A stretch of DNA of 64,000 nt from the NCBI GenBank assembly GCA_033723415.1, contig JAWVXD010000002.1, positions 64,001 to 128,000 of the forward strand. Reading direction: 5' to 3'. Under the pieces are notes generated by a model. It was not told where the DNA came from. It ran no database searches and was given only the letters and a program-made list of their open reading frames with translations. This DNA is from Sulfurospirillaceae bacterium. GTDB taxonomy: Bacteria > Campylobacterota > Campylobacteria > Campylobacterales > Sulfurospirillaceae. Shown here in pieces: positions 52,983-62,340 of this stretch. The stretch's first letter is position 1, and each line of letters opens with the position of its first letter. The position numbers and the translations under genes are program-made.

Positions 52983-53756
52983 TTATTTATCAAATTTACT
53001 TTGTTTTTCTTCAACAGGAGAAAAGTAGTTAAAAAGCTTACTCTCTAGTGCTCTTGGATTATCACCTGAGGCTATACCGACGATACCTGCCAAAATTATA
53101 TTTTTTTCTTGAATGATTGTACGAGATTTACCTTTTAATTTATTTCCTATCGGCCCTATAAACATATAGGCTCCGGCAATCCCTGTAACAGTTGCCGTAA
53201 AAGCTCCCGCGATTCCCTCAGCCATAGCAACCGGATCATCTAGTTTTTGAAGAGCAAGGATGAGACCCATAACAGCACCTACTAGACCCATAACGGGACA
53301 AGTTTCGCCTGCTAGCAGCCAATAATGTGAGGCACCGTGATAATACTCTTCAGTCTCTTCTATTAAATGTTCCATAGTAGATTCAATTTCATCAATCTCG
53401 ATTCCGTCAATCGACATACTAAGCCCTTTTTTAAAGAACTCATCATCAATATCTTTTACATGTGACTCTAAAGCAAGGATGCCATCTCTTCTTGCAATAA
53501 TCGAAAGATCGACTATCTCGCTAATTCTGGCAGCAAAATCAATAGGAGTCTTTTTAAACACGACTTTTAACTCTTTAAAAGCTGCTCGTACATACTCACC
53601 GTTAGTACCGGTCATAGCGTTTGCCATTGCCGTAGGTATAACAATAAGAAAAGATGTGATATGTAAAAGACCAATTGGATTTCCACCATCCAATAAATCT
53701 CCTATAACCAATGATGTAACGGCAAGAACCATTCCTAAAACAACTGTTAAATCCAA
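52983..53756 (-). CDS. motA: Flagellar stator protein MotA
   Basis: ARRDGILALE, P.MGLVGAVMGLI, AFTAT..G. Confidence 0.94.
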   Translation of the reverse strand: MDLTVVLGMVLAVTSLVIGDLLDGGNPIGLLHITSFLIVIPTAMANAMTGTNGEYVRAAFKELKVVFKKTPIDFAARISEIVDLSIIARRDGILALESHVKDIDDEFFKKGLSMSIDGIEIDEIESTMEHLIEETEEYYHGASHYWLLAGETCPVMGLVGAVMGLILALQKLDDPVAMAEGIAGAFTATVTGIAGAYMFIGPIGNKLKGKSRTIIQEKNIILAGIVGIASGDNPRALESKLFNYFSPVEEKQSKFDK

Positions 53757-53807
53757 AGCATTACTCCAAAAAAATCTTTTTTAATTTATTTTAAACCTCA
53801 GCAAAAG

Positions 53808-53834
53808 AGATCGTCCAAAAAAGAAAAAACTTTA
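53808..53834 (-). promoter_or_regulatory. Sigma28 (FliA) promoter for motAB
   Basis: TAAAGTTT..: TAAA-N15-GACGATCT versus consensus TAAA-N15-GCCGATAA. Confidence 0.7.
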
Positions 53835-53894
53835 TCTTGATTGCTGAAGGTCATCTTATTTAGTTATATATTTTACCGGTTTTATCTGCTCAAA

Positions 53895-54608
53895 TCACCG
53901 TTTTGACAAAAGCTGCATAGGCTTAAAAAAATCTATAGCTGATTTATCTTTTATAAAGCCGACATTATAAGGATGTGGTGTTTTATGAGTTTTAAACTGC
54001 TTTGAAATTTCTAATTTTTTTTCTATCATGTCTGCTATATTACCAAATAGAATAATTTCTATGTCATTATCTTTTAAACTGTGTAATAATTTATCCATAA
54101 AAGGTAAAAATTGACGAGCATGATAAGAAGTATCTTTTTTTGAAGTAAATATCAAAGCTGTATTTAGCAGTAAAACTCCATTTGATTCAAAATTATTCTT
54201 TAGATCAATAATACAGGATATGATATTTTCTTTAGAAACTTTCAATATCTCTTCTTGAGACGTATTATTTATATCTAGCTTGCCATCTGACACCAATAGC
54301 ATTTTTATAAAATTTCTAAGACTTGTAGCTTTATTTACACTTTTACTCAATCCTGATTCACTAAAAAGTTCATTAACTAGCCCATCAATAAAAGCATAAC
54401 CTATGGCACTGTCTTTTCTTGGATAAGGATCTTGCCCGAATAAAATATATTTTGTATCTTCTAATGCAAGGGTTTTGAATGCATTTAAAAAGTTATTTTT
54501 ATCTGGAAAATAGTTATTGTCATTCTCTAAAAAATCTCTATACTTTTTATCTAATGAACTATAACATTCACTGACAATCTCTTGCCATGATGGATGAACT
54601 TGTATCAC
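53895..54608 (-). CDS. ung: Uracil-DNA glycosylase, atypical family 1
   Basis: GQDPYP, GVLLLNTAL, HPYN. Confidence 0.82.
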   Translation of the reverse strand: MIQVHPSWQEIVSECYSSLDKKYRDFLENDNNYFPDKNNFLNAFKTLALEDTKYILFGQDPYPRKDSAIGYAFIDGLVNELFSESGLSKSVNKATSLRNFIKMLLVSDGKLDINNTSQEEILKVSKENIISCIIDLKNNFESNGVLLLNTALIFTSKKDTSYHARQFLPFMDKLLHSLKDNDIEIILFGNIADMIEKKLEISKQFKTHKTPHPYNVGFIKDKSAIDFFKPMQLLSKR

Positions 54609-55111
54609 TTCAGATTTGCCAATTTCAATATCAAATCAACTTCACCTATACCTATTCTCAAATCTTTTGCGATCATCGCCTCGCTTTTCCCTGCTTGATA
54701 TTGAGAGATAATGATCTTTTCATTTGACTCCGTTGTTTTTATTTGGGAAAAATTTTTTTCTTTAGTCCGATTTTCCAACAAATCAATCCTGTTAATTTGT
54801 TCATTTTGAAAAGTCTGCATGATCTCTTCTATCTCTTTAATAGAATCAACCATAGGTCTAATCGAATTTTGCACTTCAAATTCTACTAATTGCTGTATCT
54901 CATCTTTAAAATTTATCATGTGGGATTCATTGCTTTTGGATAATTTGTCCATATTCCTCGATAATCTATGATTTTCAAGGTTTAAATCCTCTATGATCCT
55001 TTCATAAATACTAAGCTTTTTAGAAACTTCTTGATCTCTTACTATCATGAAGAAGAAAAGGATCACAACCAATATTATAAGTGCTATAAGTCCCAACGAT
55101 TCTATATTCAC
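54605..55111 (-). CDS. DUF6115-like TM coiled-coil protein with C-terminal HTH
   Basis: N-terminal TM, coiled coil, IAKDLRIGIGEVDLIL. Confidence 0.7.
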   Translation of the reverse strand: MNIESLGLIALIILVVILFFFMIVRDQEVSKKLSIYERIIEDLNLENHRLSRNMDKLSKSNESHMINFKDEIQQLVEFEVQNSIRPMVDSIKEIEEIMQTFQNEQINRIDLLENRTKEKNFSQIKTTESNEKIIISQYQAGKSEAMIAKDLRIGIGEVDLILKLANLK

Positions 55112-55650
55112 GAAAAACCATCCTTTAACGCTTTCATTTCCCTAATTATGGCTCTCTCTCTAGCATTCATATAAAAACTCCAATCTTTCTTGTCTTTTTC
55201 ATGGAGCATATATATCTGTGCAATATTTGAGTCCAATCCAATAAAAAATACCGGAACTTCTCTTTTTGGAAATACAGGCATAAAGATCCTGCCATAGTAC
55301 TTAACGTTTTCTTTCAAATTTCCCTCTATCAATTTAAAATGTTCATGCCCTATACCTTCTATATCTTTGTTATATTGAAGGTCTATAAAATCCGGTTTTT
55401 CGTTCTTGACAAAGGCACTGAGTTCATCTACTTTTCGGTGTAGTTCAACCAACAAAGTAAGTAGTACTTGATCACTTTCTCCAGTCTCGCCTCTGGCTTT
55501 GGCTAACTTTAACCACTGGCCTAGGTTGTCATCATCTATATTTGATAGTTTGTCATACTCTCTTTTATACATCTCTTCATTATCATCGATCTCATCAAAC
55601 CAAATTTTAAGAGGTGCTTCTACAAAACGAATATCATTACTCATAATCAA
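55108..55650 (-). CDS. Conserved hypothetical protein (Campylobacterota)
   Basis: Overlapping starts and stops in the mqnP operon. Confidence 0.7.
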   Translation of the reverse strand: MIMSNDIRFVEAPLKIWFDEIDDNEEMYKREYDKLSNIDDDNLGQWLKLAKARGETGESDQVLLTLLVELHRKVDELSAFVKNEKPDFIDLQYNKDIEGIGHEHFKLIEGNLKENVKYYGRIFMPVFPKREVPVFFIGLDSNIAQIYMLHEKDKKDWSFYMNARERAIIREMKALKDGFS

Positions 55651-56534
55651 ACTCCACTTAGTATTAGTCTATCCAACCATATAAATACAAAAAATATAAT
55701 CCCTAGATAGCCGTTTAATGTAAAAAATGCTTTATCTATCTTGGAAAAGTCTTTTGCAACAATTTTATGCTCTTGATAAAGTATTATAGCAGATATTGCA
55801 ACGCCGATGTAAGCAATAACACTTAAATCTGCCAAATAAACAAATAAAATCCAAAATAATATAGTTTGTGCATGAAAAAGTTTTGATATAAAGAAAGTAG
55901 CATCTTTACCGTATTTTGATGGAATTGAAAAAAGGTTATTTGCCTGGTCGTATTCCATGTCTTGCAAAGAGTATAAAAGATCAAATCCCGCAACCCAATA
56001 CATGACACCGATACACAACATGACAGCCCAAAGAGGGATATTTTCTCCTACTGCTACAGCACCTGCAATAGGAGCCAAACCCAAAGAAAGACCCAAAACA
56101 AGATGAGCAGTCTCTGAAAACCTTTTAAATATGGAATACCCGCCTAATATTGCTAAAATAGGAAAAGAAAGATAAAAAGCCAGATGATTTATAAAATACG
56201 CTACGACAATAAATATAATTGCATTTGCTACGATGAAGATTATCATATTTGTCTCACCGACTCTACCGTCAACACTTGGTCTATTTGCAGTTCTTGGATT
56301 GTATTTATCTATATCTTTATCTGCCCATCTGTTGAATCCCATAGCAAAACTCCGAGCACTGACCGCTGCCAACAGTCCTAATATCAGCAATCTCCATCCA
56401 AACCACATAGTTCCGTTTAGCAAAGAAGAGGAAACGATCATGGCCACAAATATAAACGGCAGCGCAAAAATCGAATGCTTAAACACGATCAAATCATTTA
56501 TACTTTTTATAGTATCTATATATCTTTTCAACAT
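55647..56534 (-). CDS. mqnP: UbiA-family menaquinone (futalosine pathway) prenyltransferase
   Basis: HSIFALPF, NR..D..ID..NPRT..RP, AGFD..YSLQD. Confidence 0.88.
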   Translation of the reverse strand: MLKRYIDTIKSINDLIVFKHSIFALPFIFVAMIVSSSLLNGTMWFGWRLLILGLLAAVSARSFAMGFNRWADKDIDKYNPRTANRPSVDGRVGETNMIIFIVANAIIFIVVAYFINHLAFYLSFPILAILGGYSIFKRFSETAHLVLGLSLGLAPIAGAVAVGENIPLWAVMLCIGVMYWVAGFDLLYSLQDMEYDQANNLFSIPSKYGKDATFFISKLFHAQTILFWILFVYLADLSVIAYIGVAISAIILYQEHKIVAKDFSKIDKAFFTLNGYLGIIFFVFIWLDRLILSGV

Positions 56535-56683
56535 AATCCTTTATCAAAGAGTGCGTAATCCAACACTTCATTTTAATCACAAATTTTACTACAAATGAGA
56601 TTAAAAGTGTTATAATTTCACTTTATTGCATAACTTTTAAAGTTTTTCAGGAAAAACTTATAAACTGCAAAGGAGAAGTACAT

Positions 56684-57922
56684 ATGAGAGATGTTATCAT
56701 CATAGGCGGTGGTGTTATCGGTTTAATGTGTGCTTATTCATTAAACAAAAGCGGCAGAAAAGTAACGGTAATAGATAAAGGAGATATAACGGATTCCACT
56801 TCATTTGGTAATGCCGGCGTGCTCTCTGCATTTGACGAAAATCCACTCTCAAGACCCGGTATTTTAGTAGATACTATCAAGCTGATGCTGCAGGGGAAAA
56901 GTCCTGTCGTTATCCATCCTACCTTAGATATCCATATACACAAATGGCTTCTGAAATTTTTGTTGAACGCAACACCTGAACGACTTAAAAAAACTCTTGT
57001 ACTCTTTGAGAGATATGGAGATTCGAGTATTAAGCTTTATAAAAAAATGATTAAAGAGTCTGAACTTGATTTTGACTTTCATCATAATGGTCTGCTTATG
57101 TTATACACTGAACTTGAATCTTTCCAAAAACAAACGAAAAAAACCGCCGACAGCACGCACTATCAAATACTAGACAAACATGAGACAAAAGAGTATGTTC
57201 CTTTCATAAAGGAAAATATACAAGGTTCTGTTCTTTTAAAAAGAAATGCCCACCTAGATCCGGGACTCATGATGAGAAATTTGCATCAATACCTTGAAAA
57301 TGAAGGTGTAGAATTCCTTTTAAATGAAGAAGTGATAGATCTAGAATTAAATTTTTCAAAGATAGGTAAAGTTATCACGACAAAAGATTCATATAGTGCT
57401 GATACTGTGATAATGTCCACAGGTGCCGATACGTCACTAGCCAAAAAAACCGAAACGGAACTGATGTTAACTCCTGCAAAAGGCTACAGTATTACTTTTG
57501 AGATGGATGAAACATTTAGACCCAAAACTCCTATTATATTTGCGGACCAGTTCATAGGTTTTGCTCCTAGAAAAAATGACATGAGGATTACTGGAAAACT
57601 AGAGATCGCAAGCAGAAATAAGTTTATTGATAAAGAAAAGATCGATAGTATCATAAAAAATTTAAAAAAATACAGTATTGATTTTGAAATGAAAAACCAA
57701 AAATTATGGACCGGATTTAGGCCACTTACTCCAAATGACATGCCTCTTATCGGAAGAGATGAAACATATAACAACCTTATTTATGCTACAGGGCTTGGCT
57801 GGCTTGGTATAACCTTTGGACCGGTTATAGGCAAGATCATAAATGACCTAGTAACGAAAAATGAAGCTAATACTGACAATATAGATATACTATTGTTTTC
57901 AGGTTTTTACCAAGGTTCATGA
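56684..57922 (+). CDS. FAD-dependent D-amino acid dehydrogenase (DadA-like)
   Basis: GGGVIG, TSFGNAG, PAKGYS, WTGFRPLTP..MPLIG. Confidence 0.85.
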   Translation: MRDVIIIGGGVIGLMCAYSLNKSGRKVTVIDKGDITDSTSFGNAGVLSAFDENPLSRPGILVDTIKLMLQGKSPVVIHPTLDIHIHKWLLKFLLNATPERLKKTLVLFERYGDSSIKLYKKMIKESELDFDFHHNGLLMLYTELESFQKQTKKTADSTHYQILDKHETKEYVPFIKENIQGSVLLKRNAHLDPGLMMRNLHQYLENEGVEFLLNEEVIDLELNFSKIGKVITTKDSYSADTVIMSTGADTSLAKKTETELMLTPAKGYSITFEMDETFRPKTPIIFADQFIGFAPRKNDMRITGKLEIASRNKFIDKEKIDSIIKNLKKYSIDFEMKNQKLWTGFRPLTPNDMPLIGRDETYNNLIYATGLGWLGITFGPVIGKIINDLVTKNEANTDNIDILLFSGFYQGS

Positions 57923-58815
57923 AAACTATAGCAATATTGGGTCCAACTGCATCAGGAAAGACTTCTTTGTCAATAGAATTAGCAACTGAATATAATGCAA
58001 ATATTCTCTCTTTAGACTCTTTAAGCATATATAAAGAAATAGACATAGCTTCTGCAAAACCGACACTTGAAGAGAGAGGAAACATAAAACACTTCGGAAT
58101 TGATGAAATTTTTCCGGATGAAACTTTTAATGTTTCGATATATTTTGATTTTTACAAAAAAGCAATGGACGAGTCCATCAAAAATAGTAAAAACCTTATA
58201 ATTGTAGGAGGCACAGGATTTTATCTTAAATCGCTCATCTCCGGATTAAGCAATAAGCCAATAATCTCAAACAAGACTAAAGAAGAAGTTGCAAAAACTT
58301 TACTGGATCTGGATCAAGCATATGAAATTTTATCCCGGTATGACACAGAATATGCAAATAAAATCTCTTCAAATGATGCATATAGAATTGAAAAATGGTT
58401 TGAAATATATATTGAAAGCGGGATAACAGTAAGTGATTTCTTTCAAGAAAATAAGCAAAAGCCACTCATCGACAATTTAGATATTTTTGAGATAGAAGTA
58501 TCTAAAGATGATCTAAGAGAAAAAATTTCACTCAGGACAGAGATCATGATACAAAACGGCTTGATAGATGAAGCTGTTTACCTGGAAAACAGATACACAA
58601 GGACTCCAAACTCGCTCAAATCTATAGGTATAAAAGAGACATTTGAATATCTTGACGGATTGATAAGCAAGGATGAATTGAAAGAAAAGATAGTTACAAA
58701 TACTGCTAAATTAGCAAAAAGACAAATGACTTTTAATAAAACCCAATTTGAAAATCGAATTGTAGGAAATACTGATTTAATATTTAAAGAAGCAAAAGAG
58801 ATCTTTAATCTTTAG
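57919..58815 (+). CDS. miaA: tRNA dimethylallyltransferase
   Basis: GPTASGKT, DSLSIYK, VGGTGFY, AKRQMT. Confidence 0.96.
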   Translation: MKTIAILGPTASGKTSLSIELATEYNANILSLDSLSIYKEIDIASAKPTLEERGNIKHFGIDEIFPDETFNVSIYFDFYKKAMDESIKNSKNLIIVGGTGFYLKSLISGLSNKPIISNKTKEEVAKTLLDLDQAYEILSRYDTEYANKISSNDAYRIEKWFEIYIESGITVSDFFQENKQKPLIDNLDIFEIEVSKDDLREKISLRTEIMIQNGLIDEAVYLENRYTRTPNSLKSIGIKETFEYLDGLISKDELKEKIVTNTAKLAKRQMTFNKTQFENRIVGNTDLIFKEAKEIFNL

Positions 58816-61800
58816 GATTTCGTTTCAATCTATTTAGCATCATTATCATGTCATCTCTATGTCTATAAATTTCGGCTAAACTTTCACTTAAATTTTCTAT
58901 AGATTGATATTTACACTCATCACATAACTTCTGAGATGCGTCATGCAGTTTATTGTGCAACATAAAGATAGGCTCTAATAAATCTTTTCCAAAATGTTCA
59001 AGTCCTTCTTGTTGAAGCCATTGTCCAAAAGAACAATCTGTAGAATTCATTTGTGGCATAAAAGGAGATCTTTTGTATACATAGTTTTCAAGCATATCTA
59101 TCCAAGACCTATGTCTGACAATAGCATGTAAAATTGGGAAATCCTCTCTATCATAAAGGATCGTATTTCTCCAAATTTCCGGTAACTTCCAGCTATCAAC
59201 CCAACCTTTAACATTCTCGGCACTCATCGGCTTTGCTATGCCGTACCCTTGTGCATACTTACAACCCATCTGAATGAGCATAACTCCATGTGCAAGTGTT
59301 TCAACTCCCTCTGCTATAACTTTTTGGTTAAAGGCATTGGCTAGCCCTAAAATGCCATCCAATATAGAAAAATCATTTGGATCATCAAGCATATCTCTTA
59401 CAAAACTTTGATCTATTTTCAAAAGATCTATAGGTAATTTTTTTAAATAAATCAATGATGAATATCCCGTACCAAAATCATCCAAAGAAAATTTAAAACC
59501 TAATTTTTTTGCCTCTTTAATCAATTTAGATACTCTAGCTAAATCCTGCAGAGCACTTGTTTCTAAGATTTCTAATTCTATGTTGGCAGGGGAAACATCT
59601 TTGTATAGCCGTATTGTTTCTTCTAAAAATTCTATGAAATCGTGGCTGAGTAATTGTTTTGCATTAACATTTATACTGACATTGACATTTATTCCCTCTT
59701 TTTGCCAAGTTCTCACCTGCTCAAAAGCATTTCTTATAACCCATTTACCGACATCTATAGAAAGCACATGTTCTTCAATAACCGGTAGGAAGATAGCCGG
59801 AGGCAAGATTCCTTTTGTCGGGTGCTTCCATCTTATCAATGCTTCAAAACCTATAATTTCACCCGTTCTCATATCTACCTTAGGCTGATAATAAAGTATA
59901 AATTCTTTATGTTCAAATGCCTTTCTGATATCTTCAATATTTGCATAATTTCCACGGACATTTTTGTCTTCTTGCTCATCAAATATATGATATCGGTTTT
60001 TACCGGATAACTTAGCTTGATACATAGCCTGATCAGCTTGTCTTATCAATTGATCAGCTTCTACAACTTCGGACTGTGGATAAAAAGTAACTCCTACGCT
60101 CGCTGAGACTTTTAGCATTATATTACCGCATAGAATCGGTTTATTGACAACTTCTAAAAGTCTTTTAAGCATTGGTATACACATTTGTGTATCTACAATA
60201 TTTTGTAATACAATGACAAATTCGTCTCCACCTAATCGTGCCAAAGTATCTTCTTCTCTAAGTGTCTTTTTCATCTCGTTCGAAATTTCTACTAGTAAAT
60301 CGTCTCCTATTTCATGCCCGAATCTGTCATTGATTGTTTTAAAACCATCTAGATCCAAAAATAGAACAGCTACTAAATGATTGTTCCTTTTGGTTTCTAT
60401 CAGCGCTCTTTGCAATCTCTCGCTCAATAGAAGTCTGTTTGGCAAATTTGTTAAGGCATCATGATGTGCTATGTATTCTAACTGCTCTTCATGCTCTTTT
60501 AAAAATGTAATATCAGAAAAGATTGCTACAAATTGTTTTGGAACATTTTTTTTATCAAAAATCGTGCTGATCGTGAGCATTTCAGCATAAATTTCACCGT
60601 TTTTTCGTTTATTCCAAATCTCACCGTACCAATGCCCTTTAGTAGTGAGGTCATTCCACATTCTTTTATAAAAAACCTCATCATGAACTCCAGATTTTAG
60701 TATTGAAATCTTTTCGCCCACAACTTCACTTTTTGAATAACCCGTGATATACGTAAATGCATCATTAATATCCATAATAGTACCGTCTGTATTGACAATT
60801 ACTATACCTTCTCTTGCATGACTAAATACACTTGCCGCAAGATAGAGTTTTTCCTGTGATTTTTTCTCTTCGGTTATATCTCTAAACTCTACAGCTCTGA
60901 CAATTTTCCCATCATAAGGCATTAATTTCGCTTCTAGTCTCACCGGATATAAAGTGCCGTCTTTTTTTATTCCGATAACCTCATAAGGTTTTGTATATCC
61001 TGTAGTTATCTTGTCTTTGACATCTTCAACATATTGTTCAGATATAAGTTTCAGTCCATCCATACCTATTAATTCTGCATGTGAATATCCTGAAATACTT
61101 TGCATTCTTTCATTACACTCTAAGATTGTACCTTTATTGTGTATAATTATGCCGCTGAAAGAACCCTCTAAAAGCGCTTTAACTCTTTTTTGGCTATCTT
61201 TCAATCTACTATTTATAATATATAGTCTAACAAGTCCAAAGATTAACATCAACCCAACAATAATTAAAAATGCCAATATTTCATTTTCGTAGTACTTTAG
61301 AATATCCTTAAGGCGTATTTTTTGTAGATTGTTAAAAGGTGCAATCTTTAATTTTTTCAATATTTCTTCAACATGATCATAATTTGCCGCTATTCCAAAT
61401 CGTTGTTTTTCATTTGATTTTGAAACGTCATTTCCCATGCTCAAAATTGTCCCTGCAATAATATTTACGATTTTTTTGTCAGTAGAAGGCATCGCGCTGA
61501 TCGGCCAAAGTGGATAAAGATCAGTTGATAGAGCAAAAGGAAGTTCTTCACTCTTTTGTTCATTGATGATTTTGAATTCCTTCATATCTATTTTGTGCTC
61601 ATGTGCTAAACTTTCCAACACTCCCGCTCTTACGAAACCGACATCAGCCTCTTTTTTTAAAACAGCATAAACCACTCTATCTTGAGGCATACCAGTAGGT
61701 ATCAGCTTGGCAGATTTTGAGAAAGAGATACCACGCTTTTTCAACTCATATAGCTCCATTATATATCCTCCAAAAGCCTCCTTTGATACAAATGCTACCT

Positions 61801-62311
61801 TTTTATTTATAATATCTTTTAGAGTTTGTATTTTATGGTTACTTTTAAGAGTAAAAATCACACCGCCGAAGGAATTTATCTCTTTATTGTTTTTTGTCTC
61901 AATCATAGTGGCAAAAGGATACGGCAAACCAAATGTTTTTTTCAACCAAATATAATGTCCTGAATTCGTGATAACAAAATCAATCTTTTTATTTTTAACA
62001 GCGTTATCCATTTCCTTTAATGTCATAGGAAATAGTTCAAAATGATAATGAGGCAAATGTTCTTGCAAGGATTTTAAGAATCCATCCCATTGTTTATACG
62101 TAGCATCTTTGCTTCTATAAGCCAAAACACCTATGTTTATATTTATAGTTTTTTCTATGGAAGCTTGTAATTTAACAGGAGATAAAATACTAATAGCAAG
62201 AAGCAACAAAATAAGAATTATGGGCTTTATGGATTTTTGAATACTTTTTTCTTTTATTTCATAACTTTTTTTTAAAACTTTTTCGAGAGACTTAATCTTA
62301 AAAAAAAGCAA
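58805..62311 (-). CDS. Membrane c-di-GMP enzyme: PhnD-like periplasmic domain-TM-PAS-PAS-GGDEF-EAL-CZB
   Basis: IGVLAYR/ADVGFVR periplasmic domain, W.GEIWNKRKNGE PAS, REED+GGDEF, EALIRW, DDFGTGYSS, C-terminal H..W/CSFGQW/H...H. Confidence 0.9.
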   Translation of the reverse strand: MLFFKIKSLEKVLKKSYEIKEKSIQKSIKPIILILLLLAISILSPVKLQASIEKTININIGVLAYRSKDATYKQWDGFLKSLQEHLPHYHFELFPMTLKEMDNAVKNKKIDFVITNSGHYIWLKKTFGLPYPFATMIETKNNKEINSFGGVIFTLKSNHKIQTLKDIINKKVAFVSKEAFGGYIMELYELKKRGISFSKSAKLIPTGMPQDRVVYAVLKKEADVGFVRAGVLESLAHEHKIDMKEFKIINEQKSEELPFALSTDLYPLWPISAMPSTDKKIVNIIAGTILSMGNDVSKSNEKQRFGIAANYDHVEEILKKLKIAPFNNLQKIRLKDILKYYENEILAFLIIVGLMLIFGLVRLYIINSRLKDSQKRVKALLEGSFSGIIIHNKGTILECNERMQSISGYSHAELIGMDGLKLISEQYVEDVKDKITTGYTKPYEVIGIKKDGTLYPVRLEAKLMPYDGKIVRAVEFRDITEEKKSQEKLYLAASVFSHAREGIVIVNTDGTIMDINDAFTYITGYSKSEVVGEKISILKSGVHDEVFYKRMWNDLTTKGHWYGEIWNKRKNGEIYAEMLTISTIFDKKNVPKQFVAIFSDITFLKEHEEQLEYIAHHDALTNLPNRLLLSERLQRALIETKRNNHLVAVLFLDLDGFKTINDRFGHEIGDDLLVEISNEMKKTLREEDTLARLGGDEFVIVLQNIVDTQMCIPMLKRLLEVVNKPILCGNIMLKVSASVGVTFYPQSEVVEADQLIRQADQAMYQAKLSGKNRYHIFDEQEDKNVRGNYANIEDIRKAFEHKEFILYYQPKVDMRTGEIIGFEALIRWKHPTKGILPPAIFLPVIEEHVLSIDVGKWVIRNAFEQVRTWQKEGINVNVSINVNAKQLLSHDFIEFLEETIRLYKDVSPANIELEILETSALQDLARVSKLIKEAKKLGFKFSLDDFGTGYSSLIYLKKLPIDLLKIDQSFVRDMLDDPNDFSILDGILGLANAFNQKVIAEGVETLAHGVMLIQMGCKYAQGYGIAKPMSAENVKGWVDSWKLPEIWRNTILYDREDFPILHAIVRHRSWIDMLENYVYKRSPFMPQMNSTDCSFGQWLQQEGLEHFGKDLLEPIFMLHNKLHDASQKLCDECKYQSIENLSESLAEIYRHRDDMIMMLNRLKRNPKD

Positions 62312-62340
62312 ATTTACGACCTTACTAGTAATTCATATAA

